A stretch of DNA of 64,000 nt, taken from positions 13,586 to 77,585 of the forward strand of contig CAZQLY010000007.1 of the NCBI GenBank assembly GCA_964594455.1, read 5' to 3'. Numbering within the stretch: the stretch's first letter is position 1; each line of letters starts with the position of its first letter. The position numbers and the translations under genes are program-made. Positions 20,591 through 29,371 of this stretch are shown piece after piece. The stretch is from an uncultured Gammaproteobacteria bacterium. Lineage in GTDB: Bacteria; Patescibacteriota; Patescibacteriia; JAHIZJ01. The notes under the pieces are model-generated. The model ran no database searches and had not been told where the DNA came from. It worked only from the letters and a program-made list of their open reading frames with translations.

Positions 20591-21394
20591 ATGTCAGTAG
20601 TTTTTGCTGGTTTCGTTCCTCATCCTCCAATTCTAGTCCCAGAGGTTGGAGGCAACGAATCAGAAAAAGTAAACACAACCGCCCAGGCTCTAAAGAAGCT
20701 AGGCCAAGAACTTCGGGCAGCTAAACCCGACTTCATAGTTTTCGTGTCACCACACGGTCCGATTCATCCGGATACTTTTCTGGTAAATTGCGCCGATCAT
20801 TTTGTCTGTAATCTGAAAGCGTTTGGTGACCATAAGACTTCTATCGAGTTACTCGGTCAACCCATCTTCTGCTCTCAACTTATAGAAAAAGCTAACCTCA
20901 ATAAAATCCCGCTTCAGCACATTGAAGTAAATGAAATTGATCATGGAATAACTGTGCCGCTTTATTATTTGATTGAGGGCATAGAAAATATTCCTGCCAT
21001 AATTCCAATTAGCTATTCACTAAACAATCTGCAAACTCACTTTGATTTTGGCCGCTTGATATACGATGTTTGTAAAGGATCAGACAAAAGATTTGCCCTG
21101 ATTGCTTCAGGAGACTTGTCTCATCGTTTAACCGTTGATGCGCCGGCTGGCTACTCAGCCAAAGGCCAAATATTTGATGATAAGCTCCTCGAACTAATTA
21201 ACAAAAAGGATGTCTCAAAAATAATGTCTTTTGATCCCGAACTAGTCGACGAAGCTGGAGAGTGCGGTTATAGATCTCTAATAATCCTTTTGGGATTTTT
21301 GGATCAAACCGAATATACCCCCAAAGTGCTTTCCTATGAAGGACCTTTTGGTGTTGGGTATGCTGTTATTAACTTTACTATCGATAAAATATGA
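20591..21394 (+). CDS. amrB: AmmeMemoRadiSam protein B (Memo/LigB fold)
   Basis: PHPPIL, SPHG, DHG, ASGDLSH, AGECG, YEGPFGVGY. Confidence 0.88.
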   Translation: MSVVFAGFVPHPPILVPEVGGNESEKVNTTAQALKKLGQELRAAKPDFIVFVSPHGPIHPDTFLVNCADHFVCNLKAFGDHKTSIELLGQPIFCSQLIEKANLNKIPLQHIEVNEIDHGITVPLYYLIEGIENIPAIIPISYSLNNLQTHFDFGRLIYDVCKGSDKRFALIASGDLSHRLTVDAPAGYSAKGQIFDDKLLELINKKDVSKIMSFDPELVDEAGECGYRSLIILLGFLDQTEYTPKVLSYEGPFGVGYAVINFTIDKI

Positions 21395-21900
21395 CTGTGG
21401 AAACAGAACTGGCCAGAAAAGCTATCAGTACATTTCTCAAAGAAAACAAATTCATCAAACCGCCCGATACTACACCCGAGGAGTTAATCCAGCGACAGGC
21501 TGGTGTTTTTGTTAGTCTGCATCAGAATAGCGATCTGAGAGGATGTATTGGTACCATTAATCCGGTGCAAAACAATATCGCTGAAGAAATAATACACAAT
21601 GCAATCAGCGCCGCTACCAAAGACCCGCGCTTCCAACCATTAAACCCAGAGGAGTTGTCAAAAACAGATATTTCAGTCGATATCCTGACAGAGCCCCTAC
21701 CAGCCAACATAAAAGAGCTAGACCCCGATAAATATGGCGTAATAGTAAAAAAAGACAACCAGACGGGCTTATTGCTGCCTAATCTTCCTGGAATAACAAA
21801 TGTCTATGAACAAATTCAAATTGCTTGTCAAAAGGCTGGCCTTGACCCTAATGACTCATTTAGCATATTTAAATTTGAAGTGAAAAGAATCAGTGAATAA
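21391..21900 (+). CDS. amrA: AmmeMemoRadiSam protein A (AMMECR1)
   Basis: GVFVSL, LRGCIGT, DPRF, GLLLP. Confidence 0.93.
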   Translation: MTVETELARKAISTFLKENKFIKPPDTTPEELIQRQAGVFVSLHQNSDLRGCIGTINPVQNNIAEEIIHNAISAATKDPRFQPLNPEELSKTDISVDILTEPLPANIKELDPDKYGVIVKKDNQTGLLLPNLPGITNVYEQIQIACQKAGLDPNDSFSIFKFEVKRISE

Positions 21901-23782
21901 TAAAGTTTTTAAAGTAATACCGGGCTTAAGACTCCCTCGCAAATTAGGGGTTTTTGATTATTTGGCAGATGATGAAATAGTCAAAGATATAAAAATTGGC
22001 AGCCTGGTTGAAATCCCATTTCGCAATAGAAAGACATTTGGCGTTGTTGCTGAAATCAAAGACAAAAGTGACACTGGAAAAACCTTAAAAAAAATTATCA
22101 AGCTAATACCCCAGTTATCATTAACTGTTAATCAGTTGAAGCTCATAGATGAGTTTTCAAAAAACTTTTTTGTGGCGCCGGCTACTACCTTAAACCAGAT
22201 TTTAAATACCCTGCCCAACAACTTAGATTTCATTTCTAACATATCTAAAGGCAGGTCACAAAAAACAAGTAGCAAAAAGGGGTCAGACAAAGGTTCTCTG
22301 TTTGTTTATGATTCACCTGAAAGCAAATATAATTTCTTATTTGAACAGGTGAAGAAAGAAATTAAATCCCGCCATACCGTATTAATTGTTTCTCCTGAAA
22401 TTTCACAAGTCAGGAAATTATCCAACGAACTATCCGCCTTTTCGCCAGCTACCTTTCACCGACAACTTCCGAGATTTGAATTTTGGAGCAATTATGAAGC
22501 CCTGCTCAATAACAAATATAATTTGGTAATAGGTACCCGAACTTCGCTCTTCCTGCCCTTTCCTCAACTAGACCTGGTAATTATTGATGATGAAGATAAC
22601 CCTAGTCATAGACAGTCAGACCAAAACCCTCGCTTTCATTCTGAACAAGTGGCCGCGATATTAAAAAATATATTTAACTGCAGAATTATTTATACTAGCC
22701 AGGCTCCTAGAAGCACTACCTATTTCAAGGTAAAGAACGATGAGCTTTTACTGGTTAATAATTCAAAAGTACTTCCTGCACCCAGACTGAATACTATTAA
22801 TCTCACCAACGAGAGAAAACTGGGCAACTACTCTTTGTTAAGTGATCAGGTACAAGCAGAAATACACCAGCATCTTAAGGAAAATAAGAAAATATTTTTG
22901 TTTCATAACCGACGCGGTGAGGCTAGCGGACTTTTTTGCCAAGACTGTGGCCAAGCCATCTCCTGCCCACGCTGCCAGTATAAACTTACCGTTTACAAAG
23001 CAAGTAAAAAATCAAATGTACTTATCTGTCATATTTGCAATTATCAAACAAATGTCGCCTTAACCTGCCCTAAATGCCATAGCTCGAAATTAAAGAAAAC
23101 TGGTTCTGGCGGACAAAAATTGTCTCAGGAAGTAAAAAATTTCTTTCCAAAATCTAACGTTGCCCTTATTACCTCCTTCAAACAATGGCTGGATAAAAAA
23201 ATCAAACCCGATATTGTTATTGGCACACAGAAAATGATTAATCCTGACTTTATTGATAACTTTGACTTTATCTGCATAATTAACGCTGATTCGGCTCTTC
23301 AAATTCCTGACTTTTCTTCACCAGAAACAACTTTTAGGATTCTGTACAAACTAATCCTTATGGGCAGCATGAAAAAGAAGCAAATCATTGTCCAGTCATA
23401 TAAGCCCGATCATTATGCTATTAAACTAGCCTCAGAGCTGGATTTTGAAAAATTCTGTGAAGAAGATCTAAAGAACCGTCAGCCGTTTTCCTATCCCCCA
23501 TTTTCTGAATTGGTTCGTTTACTTCTTAAAGATAAAAATAAAGATAAGGCTGCAAAAAAAGCCGAGGAGTTATTTGAAAAAATTAATTCCAATAAAAATA
23601 TACCAGATAACGTAGAAATTATTTACCCTAGTCCTTCCTACATAGAAAAAATCAGGGGGCAATACCGTTGGCAGTTAATTATCAAATTTCATAAGAAAGA
23701 TTTGCCCTTTGTGCGTAATTTGATAAAATTAAGTGACGATAATTGGTTAATTGATCTAAACCCGCTAAACCTACTTTCATAA
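21893..23782 (+). CDS. priA: Primosomal protein N' with degenerate helicase motifs
   Basis: 3'-binding domain (FDY, VEIPF), GTRTSLFLP, NRRG, four CxxC, YPPF; precedes def-fmt. Confidence 0.88.
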   Translation: MNNKVFKVIPGLRLPRKLGVFDYLADDEIVKDIKIGSLVEIPFRNRKTFGVVAEIKDKSDTGKTLKKIIKLIPQLSLTVNQLKLIDEFSKNFFVAPATTLNQILNTLPNNLDFISNISKGRSQKTSSKKGSDKGSLFVYDSPESKYNFLFEQVKKEIKSRHTVLIVSPEISQVRKLSNELSAFSPATFHRQLPRFEFWSNYEALLNNKYNLVIGTRTSLFLPFPQLDLVIIDDEDNPSHRQSDQNPRFHSEQVAAILKNIFNCRIIYTSQAPRSTTYFKVKNDELLLVNNSKVLPAPRLNTINLTNERKLGNYSLLSDQVQAEIHQHLKENKKIFLFHNRRGEASGLFCQDCGQAISCPRCQYKLTVYKASKKSNVLICHICNYQTNVALTCPKCHSSKLKKTGSGGQKLSQEVKNFFPKSNVALITSFKQWLDKKIKPDIVIGTQKMINPDFIDNFDFICIINADSALQIPDFSSPETTFRILYKLILMGSMKKKQIIVQSYKPDHYAIKLASELDFEKFCEEDLKNRQPFSYPPFSELVRLLLKDKNKDKAAKKAEELFEKINSNKNIPDNVEIIYPSPSYIEKIRGQYRWQLIIKFHKKDLPFVRNLIKLSDDNWLIDLNPLNLLS

Positions 23783-23783
23783 T

Positions 23784-24260
23784 ATGAAATTAAAAGTAAT
23801 AACTGAGGGTGATCCCCGTCTCAGAAAAAAATCAGACCCCGTCACATTAGAGATTATTCCAACTCTCAAGTCCTTTATTCAAAACCTGACTCAAACAATG
23901 TATGAAGATGATGGTATAGGTATTGCCGCCCCTCAGGTAGCCAAAAATATACGAATTATTGTGATCGGAACAAAAAACGGTCCGTTAGTGATGATCAATC
24001 CTAAAATCACAAAAAAATCGTTTAGGAAAGAATGGGGTGAAGAAGGTTGCTTGAGTGTGCCGGGTGTATTTGGTGACGTCAAACGATCGAAATCCATTTC
24101 CGCTACCTATCTGGATAAGAGAGGTAAACTGCAAAAAATACATGCCCAGGGGTTATTCGCCAGAGTAATTCAGCACGAAGTTGACCATATTGATGGGATA
24201 CTTTTTATAGACAAAGCCAAGAACATCAAAAATATAGATAATCATAAGAATCAGTTATAG
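23784..24260 (+). CDS. def: Peptide deformylase
   Basis: GIGIAAPQ, EGCLS, QHEVDH. Confidence 0.97.
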   Translation: MKLKVITEGDPRLRKKSDPVTLEIIPTLKSFIQNLTQTMYEDDGIGIAAPQVAKNIRIIVIGTKNGPLVMINPKITKKSFRKEWGEEGCLSVPGVFGDVKRSKSISATYLDKRGKLQKIHAQGLFARVIQHEVDHIDGILFIDKAKNIKNIDNHKNQL

Positions 24261-25217
24261 ATGAATAATAAGCCAAAAGTAGTTTTTTTCGGTACACCAT
24301 CACTGACAGTGCCTTTTTTAGATGCTTTGATTAATAGCGATTACTCTATTTCCGCTGTGATCACTCAACCAGACAGACCGGCCGGTAGAAAAAATATACT
24401 GACCTCACCACCCGTTAAAAAACTAGCCGAACAACAAGGCATAAAAATAATCCAGGTTGAAACTCTTAGAGAAGAGTTAATCCAAGAAGATAAGTCAATC
24501 TTTGATGAGTTCGGGTCTCTTAAAGCTGATGTATATGTGGTTGTGGCTTTTGGGTTAATTATTCCGGAAAGAGTTTTCTCTATACCAAAATTTGGTGCCA
24601 TTAACGTTCATCCTTCTTTATTGCCTAAGTACCGCGGTGCCAGCCCTATTCAATCTGCTATACTCAATAATGATAGAACCACCGGTATCACAATAATGAA
24701 ACTTGATTCGGGAATGGATACCGGACCGATCATCGACCAAATGGAAATAAAACTGACCCAAGATGAAACCACTCCCACTTTAACTGAAAAGATAACAAAA
24801 ATCGGTCCAGCATTTCTAATCAAAACACTGAACGACTATTTGAACGGAAAACTTGTTCCTGAACCCCAAGATAATTCAAAATCAAGCACGACCAAACAGC
24901 TCACCAAAAAAGACGGCCAAATAGACTGGTCCCAGCCGGCGCACAAGATTGAAAGTCAAATAAGAGCTTATCAATTCTGGCCTGGTTCTTATACATTTTT
25001 TAATAATACCAAGATAGAGATATTATCCGCCAGAGTTTCTAAGGCTGACGAGGTACCGGCTTCAGGCACCGTATTAAGCCAATCAAATAACACGTTTGTT
25101 GCAACTGGTCAAGATTTGTTGGAGTTGATAAAGATCAAGCCTGCCTCAAAAAACGAAATGACCGCAGGTGATTTTATTCGCGGCCACAAAGATTTTGTCG
25201 GTACTGTATTGAAATAG
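24261..25217 (+). CDS. fmt: Methionyl-tRNA formyltransferase
   Basis: FFGTP, TQPDRPAGR, NVHPSLLPKYRGASP. Confidence 0.97.
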   Translation: MNNKPKVVFFGTPSLTVPFLDALINSDYSISAVITQPDRPAGRKNILTSPPVKKLAEQQGIKIIQVETLREELIQEDKSIFDEFGSLKADVYVVVAFGLIIPERVFSIPKFGAINVHPSLLPKYRGASPIQSAILNNDRTTGITIMKLDSGMDTGPIIDQMEIKLTQDETTPTLTEKITKIGPAFLIKTLNDYLNGKLVPEPQDNSKSSTTKQLTKKDGQIDWSQPAHKIESQIRAYQFWPGSYTFFNNTKIEILSARVSKADEVPASGTVLSQSNNTFVATGQDLLELIKIKPASKNEMTAGDFIRGHKDFVGTVLK

Positions 25218-26705
25218 TTACTTACGTAGTTTTTTTGTTACGTGAAAACCTAAGTATCTTCCAAACATTAGTCGAGTTTGAGCCTCAGTGGCTGGCATCG
25301 ATCCAAAAATAATCATACATATCGGAAAAAGAACCCACTGCAGTATCATCACCACAAACCTGTAGACAGGCCTTTTTTGGTGTTTATATGGCAATAGATA
25401 AACGCTCAAGATGGCGCTTACCAGAAGTCCGATCATTGCCGCTGACATCAAAAATTTCAGAACCTGGGGAGCATTTTGAGCTATGATACTATTTAATATT
25501 TCCTCGTTTTGCATTCTTAACGGGAGGTATCCTAAAATAAAAATGATTACAGGAGCCGTGGCCCAGGAATACATGCCCTCAGTCAGATTCCAGAGATATC
25601 TAAACTTCTGGACAAATGGAATAGCTTTGTTTTTTGAAAAATTCCAGACCAAATATGGAAAATGTTCAACTCCCCAAGCCCAACGCCTCTGTTGTTTATA
25701 CAAATTAACGAAACCCTGCCAGATGTTTTGACCGCCCACGGCATCCATTGATATCGGAATATGCATGGACTTAACTTGATAATCACCGTCATACCTCAAC
25801 AAACATTGGAGAAATATCCTTGAGTCTTCCGTCACAATATCACTTTGCCAAAAACCAACATCTACCAACGCTTTGTAGCTCATACTGTGTGAAGAGAAAG
25901 TAAATAATCTCTCCGGCCTTAATTGCTCACTCATCAGCCAAAAGGTAGTACTGTTAGAAACCACTCTCATGATAGCCGGCACATCCCAAATATTGTTATT
26001 AAATAATGGTACCGGCTGATAGCTATAACGGGTTGGGTTTTCGGTCGTTAAATAATGGTATGTCACATAACTAAAGTATTGCTGATTGGCGCAGGTATCA
26101 ACATCAAAAGATGATACGATAATGTTTTCATAAGGAATCTGTAAATCATCAATCATCTCCTTTGTCTGTTGCCCCGCCCAAGCGGTATTCGAGCCTTTGC
26201 CCGGAACTTCTCCAGGCAGATCCTTGGGATGCAAAGATACAACAAATTTGAAGAACTTATCCGCAAATTCCTGTTTTAATATTTCAGCATTCTTGATGGC
26301 GTGTTCTTTGTCGCTCTCTTCTATACAAAAAACCACTATCATTCTTTCGTGGGGATGTTTTACATCGACCAAACTTTGAAAGCTCATCCTCAAGACCTCA
26401 ATCGGTTCCTTGTAAGTCGGCATAAATACCATATGATAGATTTTTTCGTAACCCGGTAACTCCTGGCACTTCTCCACCCAATCAATCCTGCTATCACGCC
26501 TAAATCTGAGGAAAGACAGCACTATGTAAATAATTATGTAAATTACCCGAATGAGCCAGTAGAGATCAAATAAAACTATAAAATATATAGCCCAAAGAGG
26601 CTTTAGGGCAATTAAAGCAATCATCCCGAGGAATGTTGTCCAAATTAACGCCCCCGGGACAATTTCTAATATTCTATATTTTGTATGGTCGGATAGTGCC
26701 ATCAA
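25218..26705 (-). CDS. Membrane GT2 (processive beta-glycosyltransferase-like)
   Basis: DVD, TED and QQRRW motifs; N- and C-terminal TMs. Confidence 0.85.
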   Translation of the reverse strand: MMALSDHTKYRILEIVPGALIWTTFLGMIALIALKPLWAIYFIVLFDLYWLIRVIYIIIYIVLSFLRFRRDSRIDWVEKCQELPGYEKIYHMVFMPTYKEPIEVLRMSFQSLVDVKHPHERMIVVFCIEESDKEHAIKNAEILKQEFADKFFKFVVSLHPKDLPGEVPGKGSNTAWAGQQTKEMIDDLQIPYENIIVSSFDVDTCANQQYFSYVTYHYLTTENPTRYSYQPVPLFNNNIWDVPAIMRVVSNSTTFWLMSEQLRPERLFTFSSHSMSYKALVDVGFWQSDIVTEDSRIFLQCLLRYDGDYQVKSMHIPISMDAVGGQNIWQGFVNLYKQQRRWAWGVEHFPYLVWNFSKNKAIPFVQKFRYLWNLTEGMYSWATAPVIIFILGYLPLRMQNEEILNSIIAQNAPQVLKFLMSAAMIGLLVSAILSVYLLPYKHQKRPVYRFVVMILQWVLFPICMIIFGSMPATEAQTRLMFGRYLGFHVTKKLRK

Positions 26706-26714
26706 TATATCTTA

Positions 26715-27941
26715 CTATTCGTAGCGTAGTGCTTCAATCGGATTTTTTCTAGCTGCTTTTGTGGCTGGCGCTATTCCAAAGATTATTCCCACACCAATTG
26801 ATATTCCGACGGCCATCAAAATAGCCTCTAGTGTGATTGCTGTAGGTATCCCGAAGTTATAATCAATGATTAAGGAAGCCCCATAGGACAAGATAAACCC
26901 AATAAGCCCGCCCAACAGACTTAGTAAACTTGCTTCTATCAAGAATTGAACCAGAATATTTCCGTCAGTGGCACCGACTGCTTTTCTAATTCCTATTTCT
27001 TTTGTCCTCTCGGTTACCGATACTAGCATGATATTCATAATACCAATGCCTCCAACAATCAAAGAAATTGCCGCTATGCCTCCAATAGCACTGGTGATGA
27101 TTGCTAAGACATCGTTAAACAGGTTCAACATATCTTCTTGGGTCAAAATACTAAAATCCTCCAGCTCGTCATGGTTTTCTAATAAAGCAGATTTAATTTC
27201 TTCAATCTTCTCATCAACTATTTCTGAATTCTCGGCTCGGGTAAATATTCTATGCAATAATTCATTACCGTTTATTTCAAATGACAAGGTGTTTGGTATT
27301 GCTATTAAATTATCAAAAGGTGTCGAGCCGCCCAAGAAACTATCTGTTTCCTCTTGTTTTTCCATTATACCAATAACTTCCAGCTCCTTCTTCACAATAT
27401 TTATTTTTTTGCCTATAACTGATTCGGCGTCCTCTCCCGGAAATAAATTTTCTTTAGCTACATAATCCAAAACAACAACACTGGCCGTATTATCCAAATC
27501 ATTCTGGTTAAACCAGCGGCCATACTCCACGTGTTTACTCATCAATTCCTCTAAGTAAAGCCCGGCTCCCACAACAAATGAACCCACTGACTGTTTATCA
27601 TCTCGCATCGCCACACCGTTGACCAGGGTGACTGCATCTGTTTCTAGTAAACCATTGATTGACTCCACGTCATCCTTGTCCTCCATAGTTAAAGTGCTCT
27701 GTCCAGCCAAAGAAGCTGGATTGATGCCTTCTTCCGTATCTATTTTCCCGGGAATTACCATAATTAAATTGCTACCGAAATTATCTATTTGCTTGCCCAC
27801 TTCCGAGCGCACTCCTTCACCAATAGATATCAAGGTTATGACAGAAAACACGCCAATAATAATACCCAGCATTGTTAAAAAAGATCTTAACTTATTGGCT
27901 TTTAAACTGTTAATAGATAATCTCAAGTGTGGAAATATCAT
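26715..27941 (-). CDS. MacB/FtsX-family ABC permease
   Basis: RSFLTMLGIIIG; GGIGIMNIMLVSVTERTKEIGIRKAVGA; PIEALRYE. Confidence 0.93.
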   Translation of the reverse strand: MIFPHLRLSINSLKANKLRSFLTMLGIIIGVFSVITLISIGEGVRSEVGKQIDNFGSNLIMVIPGKIDTEEGINPASLAGQSTLTMEDKDDVESINGLLETDAVTLVNGVAMRDDKQSVGSFVVGAGLYLEELMSKHVEYGRWFNQNDLDNTASVVVLDYVAKENLFPGEDAESVIGKKINIVKKELEVIGIMEKQEETDSFLGGSTPFDNLIAIPNTLSFEINGNELLHRIFTRAENSEIVDEKIEEIKSALLENHDELEDFSILTQEDMLNLFNDVLAIITSAIGGIAAISLIVGGIGIMNIMLVSVTERTKEIGIRKAVGATDGNILVQFLIEASLLSLLGGLIGFILSYGASLIIDYNFGIPTAITLEAILMAVGISIGVGIIFGIAPATKAARKNPIEALRYE

Positions 27942-28612
27942 CTGTTTTCGCTTAATACTCCGTCAACCATTTTGAAATGCCTTTTGGCATATTTATCAAT
28001 CTCAGGATCATGAGTTACTAAAATTATTGTCCGGCCCTCTTTGTTCAGGTTCTTGAGCGACTCCATTATTTCAGCTCCTGAATTAGTATCCAAATTTCCT
28101 GTTGGCTCATCAGCCAAAATAATAGCCGGATCATTTACCAAGGCTCTGGCAATCGCTACTCTTTGCTTCTCCCCTCCGGATAGATTCATTGGAATATAAT
28201 TTTTTCGGTGATCTAGCTTAACCATCTTTATTAAATTGTCTACTCGATTCGATTTCTTGTTTTCTTTCTTAGAATAAATCAATGGCATTCTTACGTTTTC
28301 ATAGACTGAAAGACGAGGCAATAAATTGAATGTTTGAAAAACAAATCCGACCTCTTGTCGCCTCATCAGAGGCAATTTAGATCTGGATATTTTGGTAATA
28401 TCATTCTCTTTTAACCAATAGCTTCCGCTGTCAGCCACATCAAGCATTCCGATAATATTCATCAAAGTCGACTTGCCAGATCCAGACGGACCCATAATAG
28501 AAATAAAATCACCATCCTCAATAGCAAAATTTATATCCTTTAATGCCTGAAAAGGATTATCCGTTGATTTATTGAAAGTTTTATTTATTCTTTTTAATTC
28601 TATTAAGGCCAT
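27938..28612 (-). CDS. ABC ATP-binding protein (MacB/LolD type)
   Basis: GPSGSGKST, LSGGE, ADEPTGNLD. Confidence 0.95.
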   Translation of the reverse strand: MALIELKRINKTFNKSTDNPFQALKDINFAIEDGDFISIMGPSGSGKSTLMNIIGMLDVADSGSYWLKENDITKISRSKLPLMRRQEVGFVFQTFNLLPRLSVYENVRMPLIYSKKENKKSNRVDNLIKMVKLDHRKNYIPMNLSGGEKQRVAIARALVNDPAIILADEPTGNLDTNSGAEIMESLKNLNKEGRTIILVTHDPEIDKYAKRHFKMVDGVLSENR

Positions 28613-28661
28613 ATTCTTCTATTTTCCATTGTAGTATATCAGCTATTTTGATTACCTTCAA

Positions 28662-28700
28662 CCAAAAGACCGGGTCAGAATCATCCGAACCCAGCCTTGG
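28662..28700 (-). terminator. Terminator of the small acidic ORF
   Basis: aaggctgggt...acccggtctttt hairpin on the minus strand. Confidence 0.6.
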
Positions 28701-28718
28701 TAAATTAACTGTTGTTGA

Positions 28719-28817
28719 TTATTCAGCTGGAGTTTCTGGGGTCTCTGGGGTCTCTGGAGTTGCTGGAGTTTCTGGGGTTGCTTCTGTGTTTTGACCCTCG
28801 TCATCGATGTAAATCAC
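28719..28817 (-). CDS. 32-aa acidic TPE-repeat peptide MIYIDDEGQNTEATPETPATPETPETPETPAE (not in ORF track)
   Basis: AAAGGAGGTGA 5 nt before GTG; TAA stop followed by a terminator. Confidence 0.75.
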   Translation of the reverse strand: MIYIDDEGQNTEATPETPATPETPETPETPAE

Positions 28818-28848
28818 TACGGTCACCTCCTTTCAGGTATTTTAATAT

Positions 28849-29316
28849 TTATTTATTACTTATTATATCACGTAATTGTCCTGGATTCTCTGATGACAAC
28901 ACAAAACTATTACTTTTATTCTTAACAGTGATCTCTAGGGCTTGCCCGCCCCCGGAAGAATAAATTGTTTTTTTATCTCTTTTTTTGTTAAAGATACCGT
29001 AATTATAGTAGCTTCTCGACTTTATGTTTACAATTTCAGTTTGATATATATCGTCTATATTTATCCTTTGGCTAAATACTCCAAATCCAAAAATTAATTT
29101 ATTTCCTTCTATTTTGACTCTGTATTTCCAAAATGAAATTATGAAGAACAGGACACCTAACCATTCTAAGATTATTATTATTCTCATACCATACAGTTGC
29201 CCGCTGTTTAGATGAGTAATCCACTCGGCAATACTTAGAATAAAGGTCATTATGAAGAAAAAAATTACATAAAACCATACTGAAAAATGCTTTTCTTCAT
29301 GATACCTCATGTCCAC
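28849..29316 (-). CDS. Hypothetical membrane protein (2 TM plus PH-like soluble domain)
   Basis: Two hydrophobic helices followed by a beta-rich domain. Confidence 0.6.
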   Translation of the reverse strand: MDMRYHEEKHFSVWFYVIFFFIMTFILSIAEWITHLNSGQLYGMRIIIILEWLGVLFFIISFWKYRVKIEGNKLIFGFGVFSQRINIDDIYQTEIVNIKSRSYYNYGIFNKKRDKKTIYSSGGGQALEITVKNKSNSFVLSSENPGQLRDIISNK

Positions 29317-29371
29317 AGTCTAACAAAAACAAAGGCCTTTATCAAGTTTTGTCAAGTACTTAAGTATAATA

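Noticed and set aside
28712-28963. Plus-strand 83-aa ORF and the 9-nt repeats as a possible CRISPR or mini-array
   Set aside because: It is antisense to the SD-supported TPE peptide, and the repeats are contiguous codon repeats with no spacers.
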